DNA from: Candidatus Bathyarchaeota archaeon
Lineage (GTDB): Archaea > Thermoproteota > Bathyarchaeia > 40CM-2-53-6
Direction of reading: 5' to 3'
Assembly: GCA_963726255.1 (NCBI GenBank)
Contig: CAVSBL010000002.1
Span: forward strand, 224,001 to 288,000
Length of the DNA stretch: 64,000 bases
The notes beneath the pieces were generated by a model. It made no database searches. It worked only from the letters and a program-made list of their open reading frames with translations, and was not told the origin of the DNA. Each line of letters starts with the position of its first letter. Position 1 is the stretch's first letter. Positions 39,364-47,582 of this stretch are shown in pieces. Made by a program: the position numbers and the translations under genes.

Positions 39364-40044
39364 ATGCGAGTTGTTCGGAATATCTTCGAAATCAAATCGT
39401 CCAGAGCAATTAGGGTCTTGTTATCTAACCCGGGCAGAAAATGGACTATCAGGGAGCTCGCATCCGAGGCCAGGGTGGCTTTCGGATATGTTCATGCGGT
39501 GGTCGCCAATCTGATGCAGAGTGGCTACTTGCTGAGGAACCAGGTCAATCGGCTGGAACTCGTTGATCCAATTCGTCTTATCAAACGGTGGGCCGCCTAT
39601 CACCAATTCAATGCCGTTAACAAGATGCTTCCCTACTACACTTTTGAAAGAGAAATAGACACTCTGATCGGTAAATTGCAGGACGTTGAGCAGGACTATG
39701 CGCTTACCTCTTTGTCGGGTGCTTGGCTTGCGGTTCCGCAGGTCAGACCTGTAATGATCGAAGCCTACATACGCGATGCTTTGCAGGCTGAGAAACTATC
39801 CAAGCAGTTGCAACTAAAGCCGATTCCGAAGGAAGGGAACGTCCGTCTGATCGTGCCATACGATGACGGAGTCTTCTACAAGGCTCAGAAAATTGAAGGA
39901 ATTCGGATTGTCTCTAATGTTCAGCTATACGTGGATCTTTACAACTACCCGGCTAGAGGAGAGGAAGCGTCATTGGCGGTGTTGGCGCTGGTCGAGAACG
40001 CTTGGAAGCAAGCGCTAATCGGTGTGACGAAGACAATTGTATGA
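39364..40044 (+). CDS. AbiEi-like type IV antitoxin (wHTH regulator)
   Basis: TIRELASEARVAFGYVH HTH; YALTSLSGA, GNVRL, VQLYVDL..RGEEA. Confidence 0.82.
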   Translation: MRVVRNIFEIKSSRAIRVLLSNPGRKWTIRELASEARVAFGYVHAVVANLMQSGYLLRNQVNRLELVDPIRLIKRWAAYHQFNAVNKMLPYYTFEREIDTLIGKLQDVEQDYALTSLSGAWLAVPQVRPVMIEAYIRDALQAEKLSKQLQLKPIPKEGNVRLIVPYDDGVFYKAQKIEGIRIVSNVQLYVDLYNYPARGEEASLAVLALVENAWKQALIGVTKTIV

Positions 40045-40972
40045 CCGCAAGTTGACTGAAGCCTCAAAGGGGGCTCTCCTCGAGGTTTGTATGGCGCTCA
40101 ACGATTACAGGCATGACTTTGTTCTAGCGGGAGGATGGGCTCCCTACTTCCTAAGTAGAGACCATTTCGATCACTGCGGTTCAATCGACATAGACTTAGT
40201 CTTGAAGCCCAAGGTGATACGCAGATATGAGAGCATCAAGGAAATTGTTCTCCGATTAGGTTACAAAGAAACGAGAAATCCATTCCGGTTCAATCGTGAG
40301 ATCAGCTCCTTAGACGAAACGAACAAATTTAACGTGGGATTAGATTTCTTGACCGAACCCGATAAGGAAGCTCTTGAAGAGGTGGTCAATGTCCAGGAGG
40401 ATCTCAGAGCCTCTCTGATAAGAGGATCAAGTATCGTGTTCGATTTTAACTACCCTGAGAACCTAAGCGCAAAACTCCCTGCGGGGGGCTCGGCGTCGAC
40501 GACGCTTGATGTAGCAAACGTTGTCAGCTCTATTGCCATGAAGGGTCTCGCGTTGCTACGTCTCAAAGACAAAGATAGTTACGACATTTATGCTGTTGCC
40601 GGTTTTCATACTGGTGACCCAAATGGAGCCGCTGATGCCTTCAAGAATTTGATTGGTTCGAAAGGACATGGTTTGCCATTTGTAGTGTCTGAAGCCTTAG
40701 GTACCATCACAAACGCTTTCAACTCACCCACGAGCTACGGATGCGTTGCCGCGGCACGTTTCTTAGGATCCGACGAGGTGCGTACTGATGCTTGTCAGCG
40801 AGTCACAGCGTTCCTCGATGAGATCTCCTCCAAATTAGATAGGCCCCCCACGAGTAATGACGACGCCGTCAACACAGATAGCAGCACCCACACCAACAAC
40901 CACGCAGATGCCTACCTCCTTGTCCACTCCTTTTCCCTTGCTGCTCCCAACACCATTCCCCGCTGTCGCTAA
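40037..40972 (+). CDS. AbiEii-like nucleotidyltransferase toxin
   Basis: LAGGWA, SIDID, MKGLA and KDSYDI motifs; overlaps the antitoxin stop. Confidence 0.82.
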   Translation: MYDRKLTEASKGALLEVCMALNDYRHDFVLAGGWAPYFLSRDHFDHCGSIDIDLVLKPKVIRRYESIKEIVLRLGYKETRNPFRFNREISSLDETNKFNVGLDFLTEPDKEALEEVVNVQEDLRASLIRGSSIVFDFNYPENLSAKLPAGGSASTTLDVANVVSSIAMKGLALLRLKDKDSYDIYAVAGFHTGDPNGAADAFKNLIGSKGHGLPFVVSEALGTITNAFNSPTSYGCVAAARFLGSDEVRTDACQRVTAFLDEISSKLDRPPTSNDDAVNTDSSTHTNNHADAYLLVHSFSLAAPNTIPRCR

Positions 40973-41164
40973 TTGCTGTTCAACGATGATGCCGAAATCA
41001 ACGATGACGATGATAATAGTGCTGATCATGGTCAGGCCGATAGTGACCAAGAGAGGAAAGGTAGAGAAATCTATGGGTTGAAGCTGTGTGAAGAGGCCGG
41101 TTTCGAAGCCGTGATTGATGGCAAAACTCAGAGGGAGAGAATTGAACCCATGTTGCGAATCCAT
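40835..41164 (-). CDS. Hypothetical small membrane protein
   Basis: Two hydrophobic stretches; overlaps the low-complexity tail of the toxin ORF. Confidence 0.35.
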   Translation of the reverse strand: MDSQHGFNSLPLSFAINHGFETGLFTQLQPIDFSTFPLLVTIGLTMISTIIIVIVDFGIIVEQQLATAGNGVGSSKGKGVDKEVGICVVVGVGAAICVDGVVITRGGPI

Positions 41165-41174
41165 ACGGTCGAGG

Positions 41175-41426
41175 TCAATCTGGTCTGTCTTTCGGAGCGC
41201 TCCCAGCCTTGCCGGGGAGTTCGATTTTGAAATGCTGCTTGTCAGCCCATTTTCCCAGCAGGTTGCCTAGTTTCTTCTGGAGTAGTTCGTGGAGTCTTTC
41301 AGCGGTCATGTCTCCGGGGTGGAAGAGCTCGATCTGATCGAACGTGTGGCCAGCGAGATGAAGCGCAACCATGTTGAAGGCTGCTCTAGCCCGTTCGGGA
41401 TCCGGTAAATGCTCCCGTTGCTCCAT
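41175..41426 (-). CDS. Hypothetical protein
   Basis: 83 aa, ATG start with CTTAAG box upstream. Confidence 0.55.
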   Translation of the reverse strand: MEQREHLPDPERARAAFNMVALHLAGHTFDQIELFHPGDMTAERLHELLQKKLGNLLGKWADKQHFKIELPGKAGSAPKDRPD

Positions 41427-41463
41427 GGCGAACTCTTCATATGCCGAACCTTAAGAGGGTTTA

Positions 41464-41655
41464 ATGGTTTGTGTCTTGGCTGAAGAGAAGGATTTAGTCA
41501 GCTTTGACCTGTTGAAGACTTGGGCGAAGGCGCACCTGCGGGAGGATAGCAAGTTGCGGGCGATGATTCTTGATGAGCGTGAGAATTCCCCTCGGCAGGA
41601 GATGATTGTGAAGCTTGACATGTACAACCGTATGCTTTCCCGGGAGAAGCGTTAG
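41464..41655 (+). CDS. Hypothetical small protein convergent with the integrase
   Basis: 63 aa with helical, charged composition. Confidence 0.6.
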   Translation: MVCVLAEEKDLVSFDLLKTWAKAHLREDSKLRAMILDERENSPRQEMIVKLDMYNRMLSREKR

Positions 41656-42692
41656 AGTGGTGATCGAATGACTGCTTGGTCGTTCGGAAGTTGGGTTACG
41701 TACTCCCAGCCCTCAGTGATTGCTTCCGCGACCTGACTCATTGGTATGATTTTCTGTCGGTTCTTGCCGTTCAGGCCGAAGAAGCTGGCTGCCTTTTGGT
41801 GGAGTAGGTCTCTGAATTGGTCGTTGGTGAGTTTGCCGAGGTCTATTTTCTGGCGTTCTTCTTCGGTGAATCCAAGCATCTCAAGCATTGTCTCCCGCAT
41901 GCTGCTTCGCACCCTTTCTGGAGTTTCTGGCCTTTTGCCGAGGGTTGTTAGGTGGGCTTCGTCCAGTCTCTCGTAAGCTTTCCTTAACCTGTCCAGGTCT
42001 TCGTTGAGGAGGCTACGGTACTCGTAGCGGCTTTTGCTGATGGTCGCTCGGCAAGTTACGAAGGTTGGGATGGCATTGAACTCGACGGTGCCGTTTGCGA
42101 TTTTCATTTCGGGAAAGTCGCTGATTTTGAGGCCGTCAACGCCGGTAAGGTCGCCGAGGGTCTGATCTCTGAACCCTGAAAACGCCATGAGGCTGATGGC
42201 GACTTTTTGCCTGATATCTGCAGCATCGAGGATTCTGCGGAGTTCCTCGTTCGTGGGGGGCTTTTCTTGGGCGTAGAGTCCTGTTTCGGGGGCCACTTTG
42301 TACTCGACTTCGACGTGCTTCCGGTTGTGTTTGAACCAGCTTTTCGCGGTCTTGAAGAGGTTGCTGATGTAGCTGCTCCGTTTGCCGTTGTCTTCGAGGA
42401 GGCTGATCATGTCCTCAGTCCAATCCTCCGCCTTCCGCTTGCTTAACCTGGCTAGTTCCTTCGGGCTGGTGTCGAAGTGTTCACAGAGCCAGCCGAGTCT
42501 GCTGAGGTTCTTTCCTGCTGACGCGGGGCTGCGCCGGAGGAGCTTCCGGAACCACCGTTGAACGTTCGGATCGTCGAGGAGGTCCTTGTATTTGGACTTC
42601 TGCATGAAGGTGGGTTTGACGCGGAGGGATGGTGCGCGGGGCGGAAGCTTCAGCGCCTTCTTAACCGGCGGCTTTGCCTGATCTGGAGTCAT
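41652..42692 (-). pseudogene. Tyrosine integrase with in-frame internal deletion
   Basis: Core-binding domain, MAFSGFR...GLKISDFPE first catalytic Arg and ISK Lys; no HxxR/H/Y region after SLLNE; adjacent to tRNA 3' end. Confidence 0.8.
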
Positions 42693-42771
42693 TAGGCACC
42701 CTCCCCACTGCCTACCGGGACTGTTCTGTGGGTTCTGGATGTTAATTTTGCTAAGACCCACTGCGTGAACG

Positions 42772-43000
42772 TGGTGGGGCCGAAGGGATTCTCATGGTTC
42801 TGGGGTGAACCATTTTGAACCCTCGACTTCCGCCATGCCGTCATGTCTACGGGTTTCTTCGCTCCTGAAGTTCGTCATTCCGTTCAGGTCCGCAAACCCG
42901 TTAAGGTTTGGTCTTCTGGAGCCCTTGGCGGGAACGTGTCCCTGTCGTCATCCCTGGCTAGAGTCCGTCACTCCCACGTGGTCACTGTGTCTACGGCCCC
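42772..43000 (-). tRNA. tRNA-Trp(CCA) with five introns (10/11, 28/29, 37/38, 45/46, 59/60)
   Basis: Spliced product GGGGCCGUAGUCUAGCCAGGGAUGACGACGGGCUCCAGACCCGUAGGUCGAGGGUUCAAAUCCCUUCGGCCCCACCA is a 77-nt cloverleaf; anticodon at 42917-42919. Confidence 0.88.
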
Positions 43001-43133
43001 ACATCGGAACCGACAGGGCGGCCCCAGCCCAGTCAGCATAGGTAGTTGCTATATGGATTTTGGCTACTTTCAGCCGATACGCGTAGCCCGTCAAGTAGTA
43101 ATACTGCTATGCAGGAACTCTGGCTGAAGGTTC

Positions 43134-44354
43134 TTGCTGAAGATCGGGCTCATTGGGAAAACGAACGCAGGCAAGACGACGTTCTTCAACGCCGCAACCC
43201 TACTGAGCGCTCCCGTCTCAACCTACCCATTCACGACCAAGCAGCCGAACATCGGACAGGCATACGTTAAGACAATATGCGTCTGCAGAGAACTCGGCGT
43301 GAAAGACAACCCTAAGAATTCCACCTGCATAGACGGCGCCCGCTTTATCCCCATACAGCTCATCGACTTGCCCGGCCTAATCAAAGGGTCATGGATGGGC
43401 AAAGGTCTCGGCAGCCAGTTCCTAAGCGTCGCGTCCCAGGCGGATGCACTCATCCACGTTGCCGACGCGTCAGGAAGCGTCGATGGCCAAGGCAAACTCA
43501 CGAAGCCGGGTATGGGGAACCCAGTGGCCGATGTCTACGACATTGAGGAGGAGTTGGTTCGCTGGTTCGCCAAAATCATCGAGAAGACCATCAAGAAACT
43601 TGGAAAGCATCCCAAGAAGGGTTCGTCCATTGACAGGCTCCTCACGCAAGATCTCGCGGGGTTGAAAATTACAGGCGAACATATCGCGAGAGCCCTTGAG
43701 GCCAATGCACTTGTGGACAAGGGACTTGGGCGATGGAAGCATGAAGACGTTTGGAACTTTGCGAAAAGCCTTAGACAGTTCTCAAAACCAACCGTCATAA
43801 TCGCAAACAAAATGGACCTTGCACCCGCGGATAAGAATTACGAGAAACTTGTAAAGGAATTCGGCCAGGCTTTTGTATTGCCCGCCTCCGCTGACGCGGA
43901 ATTAGCTCTGCGTCGCGCTGAACAGAAGGGATACGTTGAGTATGTTCCCGGCGAGGAAGCGTTCCGGGTGAAGAATAGGGAGAAGCTGACGGCTGAGCAG
44001 AGGGAGGCATTAACTTACGTTGAGCAGCGTGTTTTCTCAAAATGGATTCAGACTGGTGTGCAGTTCGCACTGAACACCTGTGTCTTCAAATTGATGGGCA
44101 TGAACGCAGTCTACCCTGTCGAGGATACGGAGAAATTATCAGACAAGAAGGGAAACGTGCTCCCCGATGTGTTCCTCGTTCCGTACAACGCCTCAGTCAC
44201 CGACTTGGCCGCCCAAATACATACCGAACTGGCGAAGACTATGATCTACGCGGTTGACGCGCGAACGAAGATTCGGGTGCCAGCCGATTACAAGTTGAAA
44301 GACCGTGATATCATAACAATCGTTGCGGCCGCAAAAGGAAAAAGGGTAAGCTAG
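43134..44354 (+). CDS. ychF: Archaeal YchF/Obg-family NTPase
   Basis: GKTNAGKT, YPFTT, DLPGL, NKMD; C-terminal TGS domain. Confidence 0.93.
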   Translation: MLKIGLIGKTNAGKTTFFNAATLLSAPVSTYPFTTKQPNIGQAYVKTICVCRELGVKDNPKNSTCIDGARFIPIQLIDLPGLIKGSWMGKGLGSQFLSVASQADALIHVADASGSVDGQGKLTKPGMGNPVADVYDIEEELVRWFAKIIEKTIKKLGKHPKKGSSIDRLLTQDLAGLKITGEHIARALEANALVDKGLGRWKHEDVWNFAKSLRQFSKPTVIIANKMDLAPADKNYEKLVKEFGQAFVLPASADAELALRRAEQKGYVEYVPGEEAFRVKNREKLTAEQREALTYVEQRVFSKWIQTGVQFALNTCVFKLMGMNAVYPVEDTEKLSDKKGNVLPDVFLVPYNASVTDLAAQIHTELAKTMIYAVDARTKIRVPADYKLKDRDIITIVAAAKGKRVS

Positions 44355-44920
44355 GCGCCAACGACCTTCAACAGGTCGGCCTTAGTAATTATTCCTTGGA
44401 CATGGCCTCGCTTCGTGACTAAGACCGCTGGCGCGTACTGCAGCAGGGTGGAAACCATCGACAGCGGTGTCTCCTCATTTACGCTCGGAAAGGCCTCGTC
44501 CATGATCTTCTCAATCGGCTGCTTGGACACTTCATCTGGTTTCGGTGCTGAAACCAACCTCTCGAGGATGATCTTCTCCGTCAGGCTGCCCACAACCTGA
44601 TTATCGTTAAAGACTGGGAGTTGGGAGAAGCCCGTCTCACGCATTATGCGGACGCCTTTCGACACGGCATCATGCGCGTGGACGCCGACCACTTTTCCAT
44701 GGCTGATGTCTTTGGCTTTGAACTGATTTCTACGTTCCAATCCTTCTAGGGTATCAAAGATTGCTTTCGTCTTAAGGTAGGAGGGGCTGATTCGTTTGCT
44801 TTCGACCTTGGCGATCATGGACTGGCTTACCCCGGCGAGGCTAGCGAGTTTCTTCTGGCTGATCGCGAGTAGCCTTCGCCGTCTGCCAATCTCTTCGAGG
44901 CCCGGCAACATGCTCTTCAT
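44351..44920 (-). CDS. XRE-HTH plus tandem CBS regulator (COG3620)
   Basis: SQKKLASLAGVSQSMIAKVES HTH; FSQLPV and GIITKADLL. Confidence 0.92.
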   Translation of the reverse strand: MKSMLPGLEEIGRRRRLLAISQKKLASLAGVSQSMIAKVESKRISPSYLKTKAIFDTLEGLERRNQFKAKDISHGKVVGVHAHDAVSKGVRIMRETGFSQLPVFNDNQVVGSLTEKIILERLVSAPKPDEVSKQPIEKIMDEAFPSVNEETPLSMVSTLLQYAPAVLVTKRGHVQGIITKADLLKVVGA

Positions 44921-45070
44921 ACCTGTTTCCGAAGGTTATTCTTATGAGAATACTTTCTGTCTTAGACTTATATTATAGGAATATCGGACTTCCGCAAATA
45001 ACTTACCGGAGAATCGCCATTGAGCAAAATTCGAAGCGCTGGCGCCCCGTCTACGAATGTGGCAGTCGCT

Positions 45071-46225
45071 ATGAGTCAGAGGCCAAGGTCATTTCTGTTT
45101 ACGTCGGAAAGCGTTACTGAAGGCCATCCAGACAAAGTTGCAGACCAAATATCGGATTCCATACTCGATGCAATTCTCGAGAAGGATCCGAAGTCTCGTG
45201 TCGATATTGAGACTTTGATTATGAAAGGCACGGTAATTGTCACGGGGCAAATATCCACCAATGCGTACGTGCCCATGAACCAAATTGTTCGAAACGTTCT
45301 GAAGGACATTGGCTTCGACAACGCTAAAGTTGGTCTCGACTGGGAGGCCTGCGGAGTTCTGGTCGCCATAGAAGAACAATCCCCGGACATCGCGATGGGT
45401 GTTGACAAGGAGGATATTGGGGCTGGCGACCAGGGTATGATGTTCGGGCACGCTACAAATGAAACGCCGGAGCTCATGCCGTTACCCATAATGCTCGCCC
45501 ACAAGCTCGTGAGGAAGCTGGCCGAGGTCCGAAAACAGAAATTGCTAACCTACCTGCGACCGGATGGCAAATCGCAGGTCACCGTAGAGTACGAGAATGA
45601 CAAGCCGAAGAGGGTGGAAGCCGTCGTCATAGCAGCCCAACATGACGATCATGTGAGTAGGGAGCAGCTGAGAAAAGACATTATCGAGAAGGTAATCAAA
45701 GCAGTCATACCGAGGAATATGCTTGACGAGAACACGAAATTCTTCATCAACGAAACAGGCCGCTTTACAATCGGAGGGACCCTCGCAGACACCGGGCTAA
45801 CTGGTAGGAAAATAATCGTGGACACCTACGGCGGAATCGGTAGCCACGGTGGCGGATGCTATTCCGGAAAAGACCCGACCAAAGTTGACCGGTCTGGAAG
45901 CTACATGGCTAGGTACATTGCAAAGAACATCGTTGCCGCAGGGCTGGCCGAGAAGTGCGACATTCAAATCGCCTACGCCATCGGTGTCTCAAAGCCGGTT
46001 TCAATTATGGTCAACACCTACGGAACCGGAAAGGTACCGGATGAGAGGATTACGGAGGCTGTGAAGAAGGTCTTCGACATGACTCCGAAAGGGATAATTG
46101 AACATCTGAAATTACGTCGTCCCATATACAGAAAGACAGCCGTCTACGGCCATTTCGGCCGCGACGATCCTGAATTCACTTGGGAGCGCACCGATAAGGT
46201 GGACGAACTCAAGGCGAGTCTCTAG
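45071..46225 (+). CDS. metK: S-adenosylmethionine synthetase, bacterial/eukaryotic type
   Basis: [44 protein letters not shown]; start 45071 or 45020. Confidence 0.96.
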   Translation: MSQRPRSFLFTSESVTEGHPDKVADQISDSILDAILEKDPKSRVDIETLIMKGTVIVTGQISTNAYVPMNQIVRNVLKDIGFDNAKVGLDWEACGVLVAIEEQSPDIAMGVDKEDIGAGDQGMMFGHATNETPELMPLPIMLAHKLVRKLAEVRKQKLLTYLRPDGKSQVTVEYENDKPKRVEAVVIAAQHDDHVSREQLRKDIIEKVIKAVIPRNMLDENTKFFINETGRFTIGGTLADTGLTGRKIIVDTYGGIGSHGGGCYSGKDPTKVDRSGSYMARYIAKNIVAAGLAEKCDIQIAYAIGVSKPVSIMVNTYGTGKVPDERITEAVKKVFDMTPKGIIEHLKLRRPIYRKTAVYGHFGRDDPEFTWERTDKVDELKASL

Positions 46226-46351
46226 CCTTCATCGGCTCACGCTATGGTTGCCGAGCATCCCCGTATGGATGAATTTGCAGGTCAACACCATTACGTTGAT
46301 TAAGTATCGCGGCTCGTTCCCACGCTGAAACCAAGTCAACGGCGGACATGC

Positions 46352-47440
46352 ATGTCATCAAACAAACGCCTTCAGGCAGTCCAGAATATCGGCAAGGCCC
46401 TTGCATTGATCCTTGCAGTTTTCTCCACGCTCAGTTACATAATCTCCATGACCATTGGCCCAATCCTGTTCTTCTCCACAACAGATGGCCTAACTGTTGC
46501 GGCCCGACAAATCCATCAAATCCCCATCGACGTATTCATGGTGATAACGATCCCCGTGCCAGTGGGCGTTAACTTGGGGATTTTGTTCGCTGGGATCTGG
46601 GCGTTTTTCGCGGCCTGTTTCATTTTTGCTTGGCTTAGTCGTGGTGGCTTTGTTAAGGCTGTCAGGGATGTTCTCTCGAAGTCGGTTTCGGTGGCGAAGA
46701 TGAACTTCCTTTTCATCATGCCCCTCATAGCTTGCGCTCTTCTGTACGCCACAGTCCTGATCGACGAGTTTCAGGCAACTCAGGGAGTTCAGACCGGTAG
46801 CCTAAACTTCCCCCCGGCCACCAGCCCGTACCTCATCCTGTTGGAACTTGCCTTCGCTCCGCTCCGTGAGGAGTTTGCCTTCCGCATAACCTCAATCGGT
46901 ATCCCTCTCGGAATCGCCCTCTTGTTTCTATTTCGCTCTGACCCGAAACTTGCAGGCCCACTAAACAAGGCAAAATTGTTTCTACTTGCAATGTTCAGCC
47001 CCGACCGTGCCAAGCTGAAACTCGGCTATAGAAACGTAAGCACGAATGGTTTCTGGCATGGCATAAGCCCGCTCGAATGGGCGTTGATTCTAGTAACCGG
47101 TTTTGCGTTTGGCACAGCTCACCTCCTATTCGGAGGCGGCTGGGAAGTTGGCAAAGTAACAACTGCTTTCATGGCGGGTGTAGTGTTTGGGGTAGTCTAT
47201 GTTGCGTACGGTGCCTACGCGCCTATCTTGCTGCACTGGTTCTTCAACTATTATTTCACAGTGCTCGATATGGGAGCTTCCACTTACGGGGGCGTGTTTC
47301 AAATGTTCTCAAATTTGAGCGAAGTTACAGCCCTGGCCGTAGGGCAAGTGGTGCTTGTCGTCTTCCTTCTGGTGGCAGCCCTGAAGGTATCGGATTCTCT
47401 GACGCTAAGGGCGGCAGGGATGGGCGGAAGTAGTAGTTGA
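46352..47440 (+). CDS. CPBP (CAAX/Abi) intramembrane metalloprotease
   Basis: EEFAFR, FGTAH and HWFFN motifs. Confidence 0.9.
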   Translation: MSSNKRLQAVQNIGKALALILAVFSTLSYIISMTIGPILFFSTTDGLTVAARQIHQIPIDVFMVITIPVPVGVNLGILFAGIWAFFAACFIFAWLSRGGFVKAVRDVLSKSVSVAKMNFLFIMPLIACALLYATVLIDEFQATQGVQTGSLNFPPATSPYLILLELAFAPLREEFAFRITSIGIPLGIALLFLFRSDPKLAGPLNKAKLFLLAMFSPDRAKLKLGYRNVSTNGFWHGISPLEWALILVTGFAFGTAHLLFGGGWEVGKVTTAFMAGVVFGVVYVAYGAYAPILLHWFFNYYFTVLDMGASTYGGVFQMFSNLSEVTALAVGQVVLVVFLLVAALKVSDSLTLRAAGMGGSSS

Positions 47441-47582
47441 TCGAATAGTCTTATACGACTAAGCAGTTCTCAAATAAAATAGGTTAGGGGCTTGTATCAC
47501 CGCCAAGTCTAGTAACAGCAAAACAACCTAATTCTCTGAATAACAGGCGAAGAGTAAACTTCGAATTGGGTGAATACCCGGG

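Larger units (their letters stand above)
19201..42788. mobile_element. Composite genomic island integrated at the 3' end of tRNA-Trp
   Basis: 17-bp direct repeat TGGTGGGGCCGAAGGGA at 19201, 25489 and 42772, partial copy at 33491; tyrosine integrase beside the tRNA; defence genes, gene fragments and lower-GC genes inside. Confidence 0.85.

Noticed and set aside
42772-43000. Reading the tRNA as Ala(GGC) or Val(GAC) using a CCGCC/GGCGG stem
   Set aside because: No U33, no G3:U70 pair and no consistent splice motifs; those segments fall inside introns in the Trp model
43001-43025. Second GGGGCCG upstream of the tRNA as a sixth intron in the acceptor stem
   Set aside because: No bulge-helix-bulge can be drawn for any register; treated as leader sequence
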